49,386 nt of DNA from an uncultured Gammaproteobacteria bacterium (GCA_963827755.1 CAWHCQ010000027.1:1-49386), one strand, 5' to 3'. Positions 8,357 to 18,431 are shown, counted from the first letter of the stretch. Made by a program: numbers and translations. Notes: generated from the sequence alone by a model not told the origin.

Positions 8357-10204
8357 TCAGATACTTTCCGGGTAGAGCGGTTTCAGGCTGTCTGCAGGGG
8401 TCTTCTTTTCTGCTGCTTGCTTGAGCCAGGCATCTTTCACGGCAAGGTACAGGTCAGCGCCGTTCCATTTTTGAGTGTCGGCCGCATACAGGGCGCGGTC
8501 CAGCGTCGTGATCTGTTCACCACCCTCCTCGAGACGGGCGGCAAGTGCTCCCAGGTTGTGCGGCGGGTCATTCGGCCAGCGTGCACGACCCAGTTCCAGC
8601 ATGGTCCTGGCGGCGGCTTTTGCATCATTGACCGTGCAGGCATGTTCCAGTTGCGCTACGAGATCCCTGATGACTCCCCGGCTGTATCGCCCGGCGGGAA
8701 TGTCTTCTCCCGGCGCGGGTGTCCCGGGCCCGGCCTGTCGTATCCGCTTTGCTGCGAACACGAGGATCATGGCAATCAACAGCACTGAACCCGCCAGCGG
8801 CCAGTGTTTGAATGTTTTGAGTTGTTCCAGCCAGGGTCGCGGCGGCAGCTGCGCGCCGGGCGCGGCGGTATCCGCTGCACTGGCCTGGATCATATCGCCG
8901 GGTTTGGCGACCGGCGGGGCAGGTGGTGCGCCCCTGCCGGGTTCGACATTCAGTTCCCACTGCGGCAGGCGGGCGCTCGCCGCCTGGTTGGTGCGCGTGT
9001 TCCACCAGTCCAGTTCCACTGAGGGAATCAACAGCTTGCCTGTTTTTTCTGGAATGTAGGTGAAGGTTTGTTTGCTGATGCCATAGACCTTGTCACCGTC
9101 GGTGCGGCTTTCATTGAGCGGCGCTTCCGGGTAGAGACGTACCGCCCCGGGTTGCTCCAGTTGCAGGCCCGGGAGCTGCACACCGGTGAGCCCCTTTACC
9201 TGCAGGGTGATGGTGCGCATGACAGGCTCACCCGCGCGCAACTGCGGGGGTGCGTCGGCCCAGCTGTCCTGCAGTGTCACCTCTTCGGCCGGCAGCCAGG
9301 TGTTCCCGGCCGATGCAGGCCGTGGCAGGACGTCGACACGGATGGCCTTGCTGCGGATGCGCAGCGGTTGCCCGGGAGTGGCGAAGGGAGTATTGCTGAA
9401 AAAAGGATCGTTGGCAAACGGGCTGTCACGAAAGAAGCGTTCGAACAGGCGGTTTTGACCCGGGCCCGGCGCATTTTTTTGCGACGCGATCTCGCCCTTG
9501 AAGGACACGGGCGGTATTCGCAGCGGGCCGCTCTTTTCCGCCGAGATGGCGTAGCGACGCTCGATAACATTATAGGGCAGGCCGTTGCGGGTGACGCTGT
9601 AGCGCTTGTCCTCGCCCAGTTGCTCGACCACCGCCTGTTCCGGTTGCGGTGCTTCCAGTTCGCCGCTGATGACCTGGTCGTCGTAGTACAGTCTTACCGT
9701 GTAGGGAATCTGCTGCTGGACATAGACGCCATGCCCGCCGGTGTCGGCCTCGACCTCGAGAAACACGTGCCCGGATTGACTGGCTGCGACCTGCTCGGGA
9801 ATGGCCGTGACCTCCAGTTCGAGCGCCCGGGTCTGCTCGCCACCCACACCGACCGGCGGTATTCGCAGCGTCCCGAGGCGTCGCGGTTCCAGCTGTACGT
9901 TCCAGCTTTTCGTGTCGGAGCGCCTGCCGTTGATGATACTGACCCGGGTGCTGGTGCTGCTGCCGAGCACCCTGAAATCCTTGTTCAGCACCGAGAGGTC
10001 GGGTTCGCCCGCCTGCCGGCCATCGCTTTCGATAATAAGGAGAACCGGGTCACCCTCATACACCTTGTTGCGGTCAAGCCTGGCATTCACACCGGCCAGT
10101 ACAGGCGCAGACAGGCACGCGAATAACAAGCCCGAAAGCAGGGTAGCGAGAAAGGTATTTCTGAACGTTTTTTTGTGCATCGTCATTTCCGTGTCCATCA
10201 TCAT
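8357..10204 (-). CDS. batD: BatD family protein
   Basis: Signal peptide, Ig-like BatD repeats (YVQQQIPYTVRLYY, WLPAEEVTL, WWNTRT), C-terminal TM segment and LxPLYP tail; last gene of the Bat operon. Confidence 0.82.
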   Translation of the reverse strand: MMMDTEMTMHKKTFRNTFLATLLSGLLFACLSAPVLAGVNARLDRNKVYEGDPVLLIIESDGRQAGEPDLSVLNKDFRVLGSSTSTRVSIINGRRSDTKSWNVQLEPRRLGTLRIPPVGVGGEQTRALELEVTAIPEQVAASQSGHVFLEVEADTGGHGVYVQQQIPYTVRLYYDDQVISGELEAPQPEQAVVEQLGEDKRYSVTRNGLPYNVIERRYAISAEKSGPLRIPPVSFKGEIASQKNAPGPGQNRLFERFFRDSPFANDPFFSNTPFATPGQPLRIRSKAIRVDVLPRPASAGNTWLPAEEVTLQDSWADAPPQLRAGEPVMRTITLQVKGLTGVQLPGLQLEQPGAVRLYPEAPLNESRTDGDKVYGISKQTFTYIPEKTGKLLIPSVELDWWNTRTNQAASARLPQWELNVEPGRGAPPAPPVAKPGDMIQASAADTAAPGAQLPPRPWLEQLKTFKHWPLAGSVLLIAMILVFAAKRIRQAGPGTPAPGEDIPAGRYSRGVIRDLVAQLEHACTVNDAKAAARTMLELGRARWPNDPPHNLGALAARLEEGGEQITTLDRALYAADTQKWNGADLYLAVKDAWLKQAAEKKTPADSLKPLYPESI

Positions 10205-10217
10205 GCAGTGTTATTCA

Positions 10218-12149
10218 TTACCAGTCTTGCCTGTTGCCGTTTTGTGTCTGGCCACCCCGCTGGCCGTACTGGTAGAGAAACTTGCGGCGCAGCAAACCAC
10301 CCGGGTCATCGGTGATGCGGCGCAGCCATTGTTGTGCGGCCAGTTGCTCCTCGCTGCTCAGTGCCTCGGCCGCTGTGTGGCCGCTGTCGGCATGTGGTTC
10401 GTCATCTCTGCCCATTGCCTGTTCGTGTTTGAGAGGCTCTTTATCCGTATCTGCCGGCGTTGCGGGGCTGGATGGTTTGTCATCATCCCGCTCTGCCTTG
10501 TCTGCATCGAGCTGCCTGTTGGCGTCGGCGAACGCGTTGTCCGTGCCGTCTTCGGTTTGTTCCCCGTCATTCCCGCCAGTGGCCGGGTTCGCGGAAGATG
10601 CCTGTTCATTTGCAGTTGGCTCACCGTTTCCGCCACCCGAAGATTCATCGCTGTCTTGCTGTCCGCCTTGCTGCTGTTTCTTCGAGTCGCCCTTGCCGGG
10701 TGACGAATCGTCAGCGTTTGACTGTTGATCCTGCTCGCTTTGCTGGTCCGACTGTTCCTGCTGATTCTGTTGCTGCTGTTGTTCCTGTTCTTTCAGCAGC
10801 GCCTCGACCGCAGCCTTGTTGGCGGCGGCATCCTCCATGCCGGGTTGCGCCTGCAGTGCCTCGTCGTAGGCGGCAATGGCCTGCTCATAGCTGCCCAGCC
10901 TCGCAAGGGCATTGCCGCGGTTGTAGGCGGCATCGGCACCCGGCGACTTGCTGAAGGCCTCGAGGGCTTCCTGGTAGTCGCCCTGTTTGTATTCGGCGCT
11001 GCCGCGCAGCAAGGGATCCTCGGCCAGTCTCGCGGCCTGCTCGTACTGTTGCTGTCGCAGTGCCCGGGCGGCCTGTTGATCGGTGCGCAGCCACAGGTCG
11101 TCCCAGCTGAAGGCCATCGCCGGCCCGGGTTGTGACAGCATGGCCATGCATAACAGCACGCTCAGCAGCCAGCCGCGTCTGAATGCCAGTGCCGCCAGTG
11201 GCAGCAACAGCACGGCCAGCAGCGGTCCCTGTTCCTTCCATTGTTGGGTCTGTATATCCCGGACCTCGCGGCTGTCGGCCGCGCCTTTTGCAGGCTCGAG
11301 CAGGTAAGCGATGTCCGCTTCATTGCCCGTCAACCGGCTGTAGCGGCCGCCACCGGCCTGCGCCACGGCCTGCAGTGCCTCGCTGTCCAGTTTGACCAGC
11401 AACGGTTTCCCCGAGCCGTCTTTTGTCACGCCACCCTTGCCATCAGGCAGCGGTGCCCCGGCGGCCGTGCCGACGCCGAGTACGGAAACGCGATAACCGG
11501 CCTGGCGTAACCGGGCGGCGGCGCGCGCAGCCATGTCACCTTCAACGCCATCGGCCACCAGGATCACTTGGCCGTTTTCCATTCCCGCCTGCTGCAACAG
11601 TTCCTCCGCCTTGAGCAGGCCGAGGTCGGCGCGGCTGCCCTGCGAGGGCATGATGTCCGGGTCGAGCGCCTTCAACTGGGCGCGGATGGTGTCGGCATCA
11701 CGGGTCAGCGGGGTGACGCTGAAGGCATCGCCTGCGAACACGACCAAACCGGTCTGGCCTGCGTCATCGTGTGCGAGGATGTCTTCGACCTTGAAGCGGG
11801 CGCGCACCAGGCGCGAGGGCTGCAGGTCGGCCGCCAGCATGGAACGCGACAGGTCGAGCACGACCACGCGCGCGCTGCCGGATTGCATGAGCGGTTGCGG
11901 CAGTTGCTCCCAGCTCGGGTTGGCCAGTGCCAGCACGGCCAGCAGCCAGCCAATGGCCAGCGGCCAGAGAAGCACGTGTTTCCCCCCGGGGTGTTCTTCG
12001 CCCATCAGCAAGGGCAACAGGCGGGGGTCGACGATTTTTCGCCACGGGCTGTTGCCGCCGGCGTGTGCATGGATGCGCCACAGCAGCACTGCAAGCGGTA
12101 CCAGGGCCAACAGCCAGGCAGGCTGGATAAAGTGAAACTGCTCAGGCAT
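10218..12149 (-). CDS. VWA + TPR domain protein (BatB/BatC-like) with acidic Gln-rich linker
   Basis: VLDLSRSM MIDAS motif, PLTRD, TPR motif YNRGNALARLG, Q/D-rich linker, QWLRRITDDPGGLLRRKF end motif. Start MPEQFHF at 12149. Confidence 0.85.
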   Translation of the reverse strand: MPEQFHFIQPAWLLALVPLAVLLWRIHAHAGGNSPWRKIVDPRLLPLLMGEEHPGGKHVLLWPLAIGWLLAVLALANPSWEQLPQPLMQSGSARVVVLDLSRSMLAADLQPSRLVRARFKVEDILAHDDAGQTGLVVFAGDAFSVTPLTRDADTIRAQLKALDPDIMPSQGSRADLGLLKAEELLQQAGMENGQVILVADGVEGDMAARAAARLRQAGYRVSVLGVGTAAGAPLPDGKGGVTKDGSGKPLLVKLDSEALQAVAQAGGGRYSRLTGNEADIAYLLEPAKGAADSREVRDIQTQQWKEQGPLLAVLLLPLAALAFRRGWLLSVLLCMAMLSQPGPAMAFSWDDLWLRTDQQAARALRQQQYEQAARLAEDPLLRGSAEYKQGDYQEALEAFSKSPGADAAYNRGNALARLGSYEQAIAAYDEALQAQPGMEDAAANKAAVEALLKEQEQQQQQNQQEQSDQQSEQDQQSNADDSSPGKGDSKKQQQGGQQDSDESSGGGNGEPTANEQASSANPATGGNDGEQTEDGTDNAFADANRQLDADKAERDDDKPSSPATPADTDKEPLKHEQAMGRDDEPHADSGHTAAEALSSEEQLAAQQWLRRITDDPGGLLRRKFLYQYGQRGGQTQNGNRQDW

Positions 12150-13155
12150 GTTGTGCCTCGCCTTTTGCAAAACGCCGGCGCCATCCGCAGGCGGGCAACG
12201 CCAGTAACAGGCTGACCAGCAAGGCACCTGCCAGTGGCCAGGCGTAGAGTTCCTCGACGCGCCGATAGCTCTGTTCGTCGGCGGAGACCGGTTCTATTGC
12301 ATCGAGCAGTGTGTAGATCTCTTGCAGACTTTCCGTGTCGCGCGCGCGGAAGTAGCGGCCGCCGGTCTTGTCGGCAATCGCTTGCAGCGTGGCTTCATCG
12401 AGATCACCCGTTGCAATGCGCTGTATACCAAAGGGCCCGCGTACCAGCATTCGGTCTGCGCCGATGCCGATGGTATAGATGCGCACTGCCTCAGCGGCGG
12501 CCAGGTCGGCCGCTTTCAAGGGTTCGATACTGCCCGCGGTATTGGTGCCGTCGGTGAGCAGGACCAGCACCCGGTTCTGTTCCGGCTGCTCACGCAGGCG
12601 CTTGATGGCCAGCCCGATGGCATCGCCGATCGCCGTGCTCTTGCCGGCCAGCCCGATGGCGGCCTCGTTCAGCAGTGTCTTTACCGTGCGCCGGTCAAAG
12701 GTCAGCGGAGCCTGCAGGTAGGCCTGTTCCCCGAACAGGATCAGCCCGAGCAGGTCACCTGTGCGCTGGTCGATAAATTCACCGGCGACTCGCTTGACGG
12801 CAGCCAGGCGCATTGCCTGCCGGCCATTGACCTGCATGTCTTCGGTTTGCATGGAACCGGAAATATCCACCGCCAGCATCAGGCTGCGGCCGCTGACCGG
12901 CAAATGCAGCGTCTCGCCAAGCCATTGCGGACGGCCTGCCGCACTGACCAGTAACAACCACGCCAGTGTGGCAAGCAGCAGGCGCAAGCGCGAGCGGCGC
13001 CGTCCGGGTGTTACCGGGCTTTGCCGGAACGCGCCGTAAAAAGGAAAGCGCAGTGCTGCGGGGGACGACACCTGTGCGCGGGGTAACAACAGCGCCGCCA
13101 GCAAGGGCAGGGGCAGGGCGGTCAATAACCAGGGCCAGGCAAATTGAAAACTCAT
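12142..13155 (-). CDS. batA: VWA domain protein (BatA-like)
   Basis: FAWPWLL N-terminus, LAVDISGSM MIDAS, QAPLTFD, TAIGDAIGLA, LLTDGTNTAG. Confidence 0.85.
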   Translation of the reverse strand: MSFQFAWPWLLTALPLPLLAALLLPRAQVSSPAALRFPFYGAFRQSPVTPGRRRSRLRLLLATLAWLLLVSAAGRPQWLGETLHLPVSGRSLMLAVDISGSMQTEDMQVNGRQAMRLAAVKRVAGEFIDQRTGDLLGLILFGEQAYLQAPLTFDRRTVKTLLNEAAIGLAGKSTAIGDAIGLAIKRLREQPEQNRVLVLLTDGTNTAGSIEPLKAADLAAAEAVRIYTIGIGADRMLVRGPFGIQRIATGDLDEATLQAIADKTGGRYFRARDTESLQEIYTLLDAIEPVSADEQSYRRVEELYAWPLAGALLVSLLLALPACGWRRRFAKGEAQHA

Positions 13156-13156
13156 A

Positions 13157-13642
13157 TCAGGCCTGCGTATTCTTTTTTATCCAGTCGCGAATCAGCGGAG
13201 TCAGCATGCGGGTGTCCAGGGTGGCAGGCAGGTCGCGGACATAGGGTCCTTGCGCCAGTACCTGTCCGGGGCCGGTACAGAAGCCGCCGTTGCCGCCTGT
13301 CTCGTCCAGAAATGTCAGCCAGTCCCTGCCGGTTAACGGGGCGATTACCCGTCCGGGGAAACGCGTCAGTGCAATGCGTCGCATCAGGCGCGACAGTTGA
13401 GCAAGAAAGTCAGGCGTGCAGGTATCGACGCTCGACTGTTCCAGTTGTTCCAGCAGGCCAAGGAGATGCCTGCGCTGCCGCCGCAGTTTCAAGCGGCGCC
13501 ACACGAGCACGGCAATCCAGCTCAACAGGCCAAGGGCAACAAGGGCCGCGATCCACCAGCCCGGCGCGGGCGGCCAGACATCCACGGGTCCCGGCAGGTG
13601 AATGTCGCGCAGCTGCAGCACATTCGGCATGGACGGGTTCAT
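13157..13642 (-). CDS. DUF4381 family membrane protein
   Basis: LRDIHLP..V..WPPAPGWW, LTG..WL.FLD motifs; canonical position between DUF58 and BatA. Confidence 0.85.
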   Translation of the reverse strand: MNPSMPNVLQLRDIHLPGPVDVWPPAPGWWIAALVALGLLSWIAVLVWRRLKLRRQRRHLLGLLEQLEQSSVDTCTPDFLAQLSRLMRRIALTRFPGRVIAPLTGRDWLTFLDETGGNGGFCTGPGQVLAQGPYVRDLPATLDTRMLTPLIRDWIKKNTQA

Positions 13643-14652
13643 GCAACGATCCTCTGCCCGGGCGCCGGCATGAGGTGGCTGCCAAGCTGTGACTGCAGCG
13701 CAGTGGCCACATCGTCCGTGGTCGATAGTTGCAGCAGCGGGATGGCGCTTTTTTGCAGGGCCTGCTGCAGCACCTGGCGGTGCTGTTGAAAAAAATTGCT
13801 GTAGCCCCGCCGGCCCGCGCCGGACCGGGTGTCGAGTATTCCGGAATGCCGGCCGTCGCTGATGCCATAGCGGCCGGGGGGCGGTGGCGTCAGCTCAATC
13901 GGATCGGTGATTCGAATCGCGACCAGGTCGTTGTGCCGGCGCAGGTGCAAGAGGTGATTACCCGTGTCGTCATCCAGCCCGTAAAAATCGCTGATCAGAA
14001 ACACCAGGCTGCCGGGCCGGGTGATGCGCCGCAGCCTGACCAGGGCGTCATTCAGTCCGTCGGGGTGTGCCGGACTTGCCAGGGCCCTGACAGGATCGGT
14101 ATGTTGCAGCAGCGCATGGATCAGCGGTAACACGCCGCGCTGGCCGCGGCGCGGTTTCAGCTCGTGATGACCGCCGTTAAACAGCAGGGCGCCGATGCGG
14201 TCACCCTGTGCCGCTGCCGCCCAGCCGAGCAAGGTCGCGGCGCGTGCGGCGACGACGGATTTCAGGGAGCCCCGAGTGGCGAAGAACAGGCCCGGGCCCA
14301 GGTCGAGAAACAGGATCACCGGCCGCTCGCGTTCCTCCTGGAAAAGCTTGGTATGCGGGCGGCCGGCCCGGGCCGTGACCCGCCAGTCCATGTTGCGGAT
14401 ATCGTCACCGGGCTGGTAGGTGCGCGATTCCTGGTAGTCCATGCCGCGGCCGCGAAAACGCGACGGGTGGTTGCCGGCGAGTTGCGCGCGCGCCGGCAGG
14501 CGCTGGCGCAGGTCAAGCTTCTGCGCAAGGCGTTGCAGCCCGAGCAGCTCTTTCAGCGTGACGCGGGTCGCGGGGTTAAGCCGTGCGTCAGCGGGTTCGT
14601 CTGCAGCGGATTGGCTGCGGCGTGAGTGCCAGCGATCCAGCAGCCCGCGCAT
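13639..14652 (-). CDS. DUF58 domain protein (MoxR-associated)
   Basis: GRGMDYQESRTYQPGDDIRNMDWRVTAR, EERER, ISDF motifs. Confidence 0.9.
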   Translation of the reverse strand: MRGLLDRWHSRRSQSAADEPADARLNPATRVTLKELLGLQRLAQKLDLRQRLPARAQLAGNHPSRFRGRGMDYQESRTYQPGDDIRNMDWRVTARAGRPHTKLFQEERERPVILFLDLGPGLFFATRGSLKSVVAARAATLLGWAAAAQGDRIGALLFNGGHHELKPRRGQRGVLPLIHALLQHTDPVRALASPAHPDGLNDALVRLRRITRPGSLVFLISDFYGLDDDTGNHLLHLRRHNDLVAIRITDPIELTPPPPGRYGISDGRHSGILDTRSGAGRRGYSNFFQQHRQVLQQALQKSAIPLLQLSTTDDVATALQSQLGSHLMPAPGQRIVA

Positions 14653-14654
14653 GT

Positions 14655-15671
14655 TCAGGCAACCGGGATCAACGCCAGCAGGTCACGAATGAAATCATCC
14701 GGGCTGATACCTTCCGCCTCGGCTTCAAAGGAAAGCAGGATGCGGTGTCTCAACACATCATAGGCGATGGCCTGCACATCTTCGGGTGAAACATAGTCAC
14801 GGCCCTGCAGCCAGGCGTGGGCGCGGGCACACCGGTCCAGCGCGATGGTCGCGCGCGGGCTGGCGCCGTAGTTGACCAGGCGTGCCAGGTCACTGTTGTA
14901 GGCGGCAGGGTCGCGGCTGGCCAGCACCAGCTGCACCAGGTATTCCTCGACGGGTTCGGCCATGTGCAAGGCCAGCACTTCTTTTTGCGCCGTGAATATC
15001 TGCTCCCGGCTGATGGGTGCTGCGACTTCCCCGGTTGTTTCGTAGGTGGCTTCTGCCTGTTTGCGTGCCAGCTTGAGGATGTCGCGTTCGGCGCCGGCGG
15101 AGGGGTAGCCGATGCGCACATGCATCAGGAAGCGGTCAAGCTGGGCCTCGGGCAGGGGATAGGTGCCCTCATGTTCGATCGGGTTTTGAGTCGCCATCAC
15201 CAGGAACGGGCGCGGCAGCGGGTAGGTGGTGCGCCCGACCGTGATCTGGTGTTCCCCCATGGCCTCGAGCAAGGCCGACTGTACCTTGGCCGGTGCCCGG
15301 TTGATCTCGTCGGCCAGCACCAGGTTGTGAAACAGCGGCCCGGCCTGGAACTGGAATTCACCGCTCTCGGGACGGTAGATATCGGTGCCGGTCAGGTCGC
15401 CGGGCAACAGGTCCGGCGTGAACTGCAGACGGTGAAAATCACCTTCAAGTAGTTTTGATAACTCCTTGATTGCAGTTGTCTTTGCAAGACCGGGTGCGCC
15501 CTCTACCAGGAGGTGGCCGTCGGCCAGCAGGGCGATCAACAGGCGCTCGACCAGGTTGTGCTGGCCGATGATCCTTTCGCCGAGATGCTGCTGTGCCCGG
15601 CAAAAGGCCGGTTGTGCCGTGCTGGATGTCTCCTTTCCCGCATGCGTTGCCGTTTGTGTGCTCAATGTCAT
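14655..15671 (-). CDS. moxR: MoxR family AAA+ ATPase
   Basis: GHLLVEGAPGLAKT Walker A, RLQFTPDLLPGD, LADEINRAPAKVQSALLEAM, ATQNPIE.EGTYPLPEAQLDRF, GASPRA. Confidence 0.93.
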   Translation of the reverse strand: MTLSTQTATHAGKETSSTAQPAFCRAQQHLGERIIGQHNLVERLLIALLADGHLLVEGAPGLAKTTAIKELSKLLEGDFHRLQFTPDLLPGDLTGTDIYRPESGEFQFQAGPLFHNLVLADEINRAPAKVQSALLEAMGEHQITVGRTTYPLPRPFLVMATQNPIEHEGTYPLPEAQLDRFLMHVRIGYPSAGAERDILKLARKQAEATYETTGEVAAPISREQIFTAQKEVLALHMAEPVEEYLVQLVLASRDPAAYNSDLARLVNYGASPRATIALDRCARAHAWLQGRDYVSPEDVQAIAYDVLRHRILLSFEAEAEGISPDDFIRDLLALIPVA

Positions 15672-15939
15672 GCTGCTCCTGACCTCGTTATAAACACTCG
15701 GTCATGTTATTTCCCTTTCCAGGCCGAGGGTGTTTGTGCCTGTGTGGGACCATGAATATATGTGGTTTGTTCCTGAATTTCCAAGTGGCACTGGCAGCGT
15801 GGCCCATACTGCGGTGTGCCGCCGGCGAGGATGATAGTGAGCCTGTTATTGGACATGATGTGATCGTTGCCGGGTGACTATGTAAGGTATACCAGGCTGC
15901 GATGCGGTGCATTGTACCGTCGGCAGGCCCCGTTGCCTG

Positions 15940-16905
15940 TCAGGCGGATGTCGTTGACCAGAAGTCAGGGCCCTTGGCGAAAAACTCATCGTAGCGCATG
16001 TAGTGCGATCCGTCGCAGGAAAAGGTCAGGCTGAGCATGCCGTTGAAGATATTTATCGAGGCCATGCGCAGGTAGATGGTGGTATCGACCATGCGCAGCG
16101 CCCCCATGGCCTCGAGGATCCGTTCCATGTCGGCCTGCGGTATCGCGGCATCATCGGGATACGGCCGTGACGGGTAGAGCAGGCAGATATCCGGATCGGT
16201 GAGTGCTTCATGATCGAGGATGCGATAGCGCAGCGGATCATCGATCATCCAGATAATGGCCTGGCTGCTCGAGAAGTGGATCTGGCACTGGAAGACGCCG
16301 CGCTCCGTGAGCAGTTCTTCCAGGATAGTCAGCCCCACATCCAGGTTGCGGTCCATCGGGCTTTCGACCCGCGTCTGCTGGAACAGGGTGCTGCGGATGG
16401 CGGGGTCGCCCTTCACCTGCCGCCAGTTTCCCGGCTCCGGGTAAAGCGCCGAGGTCACCGGCAAACCGCGCAGGTCGAAATCCGCCCCGAGATACCCCGG
16501 CGTGCCCGTGTCCGATACAACGACCTGCAGCGCGGTCAGCGAGGGCCGGCGGGCGGCCAGGCTGACATAGGCATCCGACAACAGGAACCCCCACGATGGA
16601 ATAGTTTCCTTCATGTAGGGTCTGTCGGCGCGATTGCGTTGATAGTGCCCGGGCACGAGGCCGTTACGGCCGATGTTGTCGCTGATCTGCACGGCGTCGG
16701 TGCCGATGGCATACAGGTAGGAGCAATACGGGATGCCCGAGAAGCCCTCGAGCAGTACCTTGTTGAGCCGGTCCCGGTCACCCCAGGCCGGCGCGCATTC
16801 CCCGGCAAGCCGGGCAAGCGGTTCACGCAGCATCAGCGCGAGTTCTTCACGTTGCCGGTAGATGCAGTCTTTCCAGGATGGCTCTATTGTCTGTTCGGGG
16901 TTCAT
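15940..16905 (-). CDS. Soluble protein with PDC/Cache-like N-terminal sensor domain and unknown C-terminal domain
   Basis: NRADRPYM...LLSDAYVSLAARRPSLTA...GYLGADFDL resembles the Cache motif (R.Y...S..Y.S......T...G.LG.D); no TM segments seen. Start MNPEQ at 16905 (ORF opens at 16932). Confidence 0.6.
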   Translation of the reverse strand: MNPEQTIEPSWKDCIYRQREELALMLREPLARLAGECAPAWGDRDRLNKVLLEGFSGIPYCSYLYAIGTDAVQISDNIGRNGLVPGHYQRNRADRPYMKETIPSWGFLLSDAYVSLAARRPSLTALQVVVSDTGTPGYLGADFDLRGLPVTSALYPEPGNWRQVKGDPAIRSTLFQQTRVESPMDRNLDVGLTILEELLTERGVFQCQIHFSSSQAIIWMIDDPLRYRILDHEALTDPDICLLYPSRPYPDDAAIPQADMERILEAMGALRMVDTTIYLRMASINIFNGMLSLTFSCDGSHYMRYDEFFAKGPDFWSTTSA

Positions 16906-17173
16906 GGGGGTACGCCGGGTATAAATGATCACCGATACTAACGCATCGGTTGTTCCCGCAGCAATGAACGTGCGGCTTGCTGCGGGGTCAGGCCGATAAA
17001 AATCGAGGCAACGGATCTGGACATGCTGTCAAGGACCGGCACCTCGCGCAGAACTCTTTTATGGTAAGGTGAGCCGGTCGATCTTTCCATCAGCCCGGTG
17101 TCATGGCCCCTGGTCACTGGCAGTCGGGCTCAACCAGGCAGCCGTCCATGGCCGCTGGACACCACAGGATAAA

Positions 17174-17992
17174 ATGAACGAGAAAACCGAAACCCGCAAC
17201 ATGGCGCTGTTCTGCGATTTCGAGAACGTCGCACTGGGCGTGCGCGATGCCAAGTACGCCGCCTTCAATATACAGAAGGTGCTGGAACGCCTGTTGCTCA
17301 AGGGCAGCATCGTCGTGAAGAAGGCCTACTGTGACTGGGACCGCTACAAGGAATTCAAGGGGGCGATGCACGAGGCGGCCTTTGAACTGATCGAGATCCC
17401 CCACGTACGCATGTCGGGGAAGAACTCCGCCGATATCCGCATGGTCGTCGACGCCCTCGACCTCTGCTATACAAAATCACATGTCGATACGTTCGTGGTC
17501 ATCAGCGGCGACTCGGACTTCTCGCCACTGGTCAGCAAGCTGCGCGAGAACGACAAGGTGGTTATCGGGGTCGGTGTGAAGAGTTCGACCTCCGACCTGC
17601 TGATCGCCAACTGCGACGAGTTCATCTTCTACGACGACCTGGTGCGCGAAACCGGCAAGCCGCGCCGGGCGCGACGCAAGCCCGCCGTGAAGAAGGCCGG
17701 CAGGAAGAGCAAGGCAAAGTCCGATGAGGAAGACAAGCAGCAGGAGGCGCTGGACCTGGTGCTTGAAACGGTCGAGGCCCTGCTGAAGGAACGCGGCGAA
17801 CAGGAAAAGGTCTGGGGGTCGATGGTCAAGCAGACGCTGAAGCGCCGCAAGCCGGGTTTCGACGAGACCTATCACGGCTTCCGCACCTTCGGACAGCTGC
17901 TGGAAGAGGCGCAGGCGCGCAAGCTGCTGGCATTGCAGCTGGACGAAAAATCAGGCGGCTACATCATCAAGGAGCTGGTTAGCGAGGACTAG
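17174..17992 (+). CDS. NYN domain (PIN-like) protein with C-terminal OST-HTH/LOTUS domain
   Basis: ALFCDFEN, GKNSADIRMVVDA, SGDSDFSPL, CDEFIFYD; C-terminal PGFDETYHGFRTFGQLLE LOTUS motif. Confidence 0.88.
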   Translation: MNEKTETRNMALFCDFENVALGVRDAKYAAFNIQKVLERLLLKGSIVVKKAYCDWDRYKEFKGAMHEAAFELIEIPHVRMSGKNSADIRMVVDALDLCYTKSHVDTFVVISGDSDFSPLVSKLRENDKVVIGVGVKSSTSDLLIANCDEFIFYDDLVRETGKPRRARRKPAVKKAGRKSKAKSDEEDKQQEALDLVLETVEALLKERGEQEKVWGSMVKQTLKRRKPGFDETYHGFRTFGQLLEEAQARKLLALQLDEKSGGYIIKELVSED

Positions 17993-18080
17993 GGCGAAGG
18001 CCGGTGCAGCATGCGGGAAGCTGTGCGGGAACGTTTTTATGTTTGGAATAGTCAAAGGTTTTTTAAAGTGAGGAAAGGAA

Positions 18081-18374
18081 ATGGATATACCAGAACGCGA
18101 CGGTGACGGTTACCTGGTCGACAGCGATACCTGGACTGAGGAAATCGCACGGGCCATGGCAGAGGCCGATGACGTTGAAATCGATGAGGTGAAGTGGGAG
18201 CAGATCCTGAAGGCGCGGGAATATTACGAGGAACATGCCGTAGTGCCGCCCATTCGAAAATTTTCCAAGTACATTGGCGCCGACCAGAAGGGCATGTTCA
18301 AACTCTGGATGACCGGCCCGATGAAGCCGATCACCAAGTACGGGGGATTGCCGAAACCCACCGGATGCGTCTGA
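18081..18374 (+). CDS. TusE/DsrC/DsvC family sulfur-relay protein with a single C-terminal Cys
   Basis: DGDGYLVD..TWTEEIA N-terminus and GLPKPTGCV C-terminus; strong RBS GAGGAAAGGA. Confidence 0.88.
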   Translation: MDIPERDGDGYLVDSDTWTEEIARAMAEADDVEIDEVKWEQILKAREYYEEHAVVPPIRKFSKYIGADQKGMFKLWMTGPMKPITKYGGLPKPTGCV

Positions 18375-18431
18375 TCGACGGGGTTGGGCAATAATACTTG
18401 TAGAACCTTCCCGATACGTACCCATCCGATC

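Noticed and set aside
10480-10800. Gln/Asp-rich low-complexity tract as a novel repeat
   Set aside because: Normal acidic linker of BatB/BatC-type VWA-TPR proteins.
17174-17992. NYN proteins (here and 45660-46139) as toxin-antitoxin or anti-phage modules
   Set aside because: No antitoxin or defence-island context; both look like common stand-alone LabA/NYN proteins.
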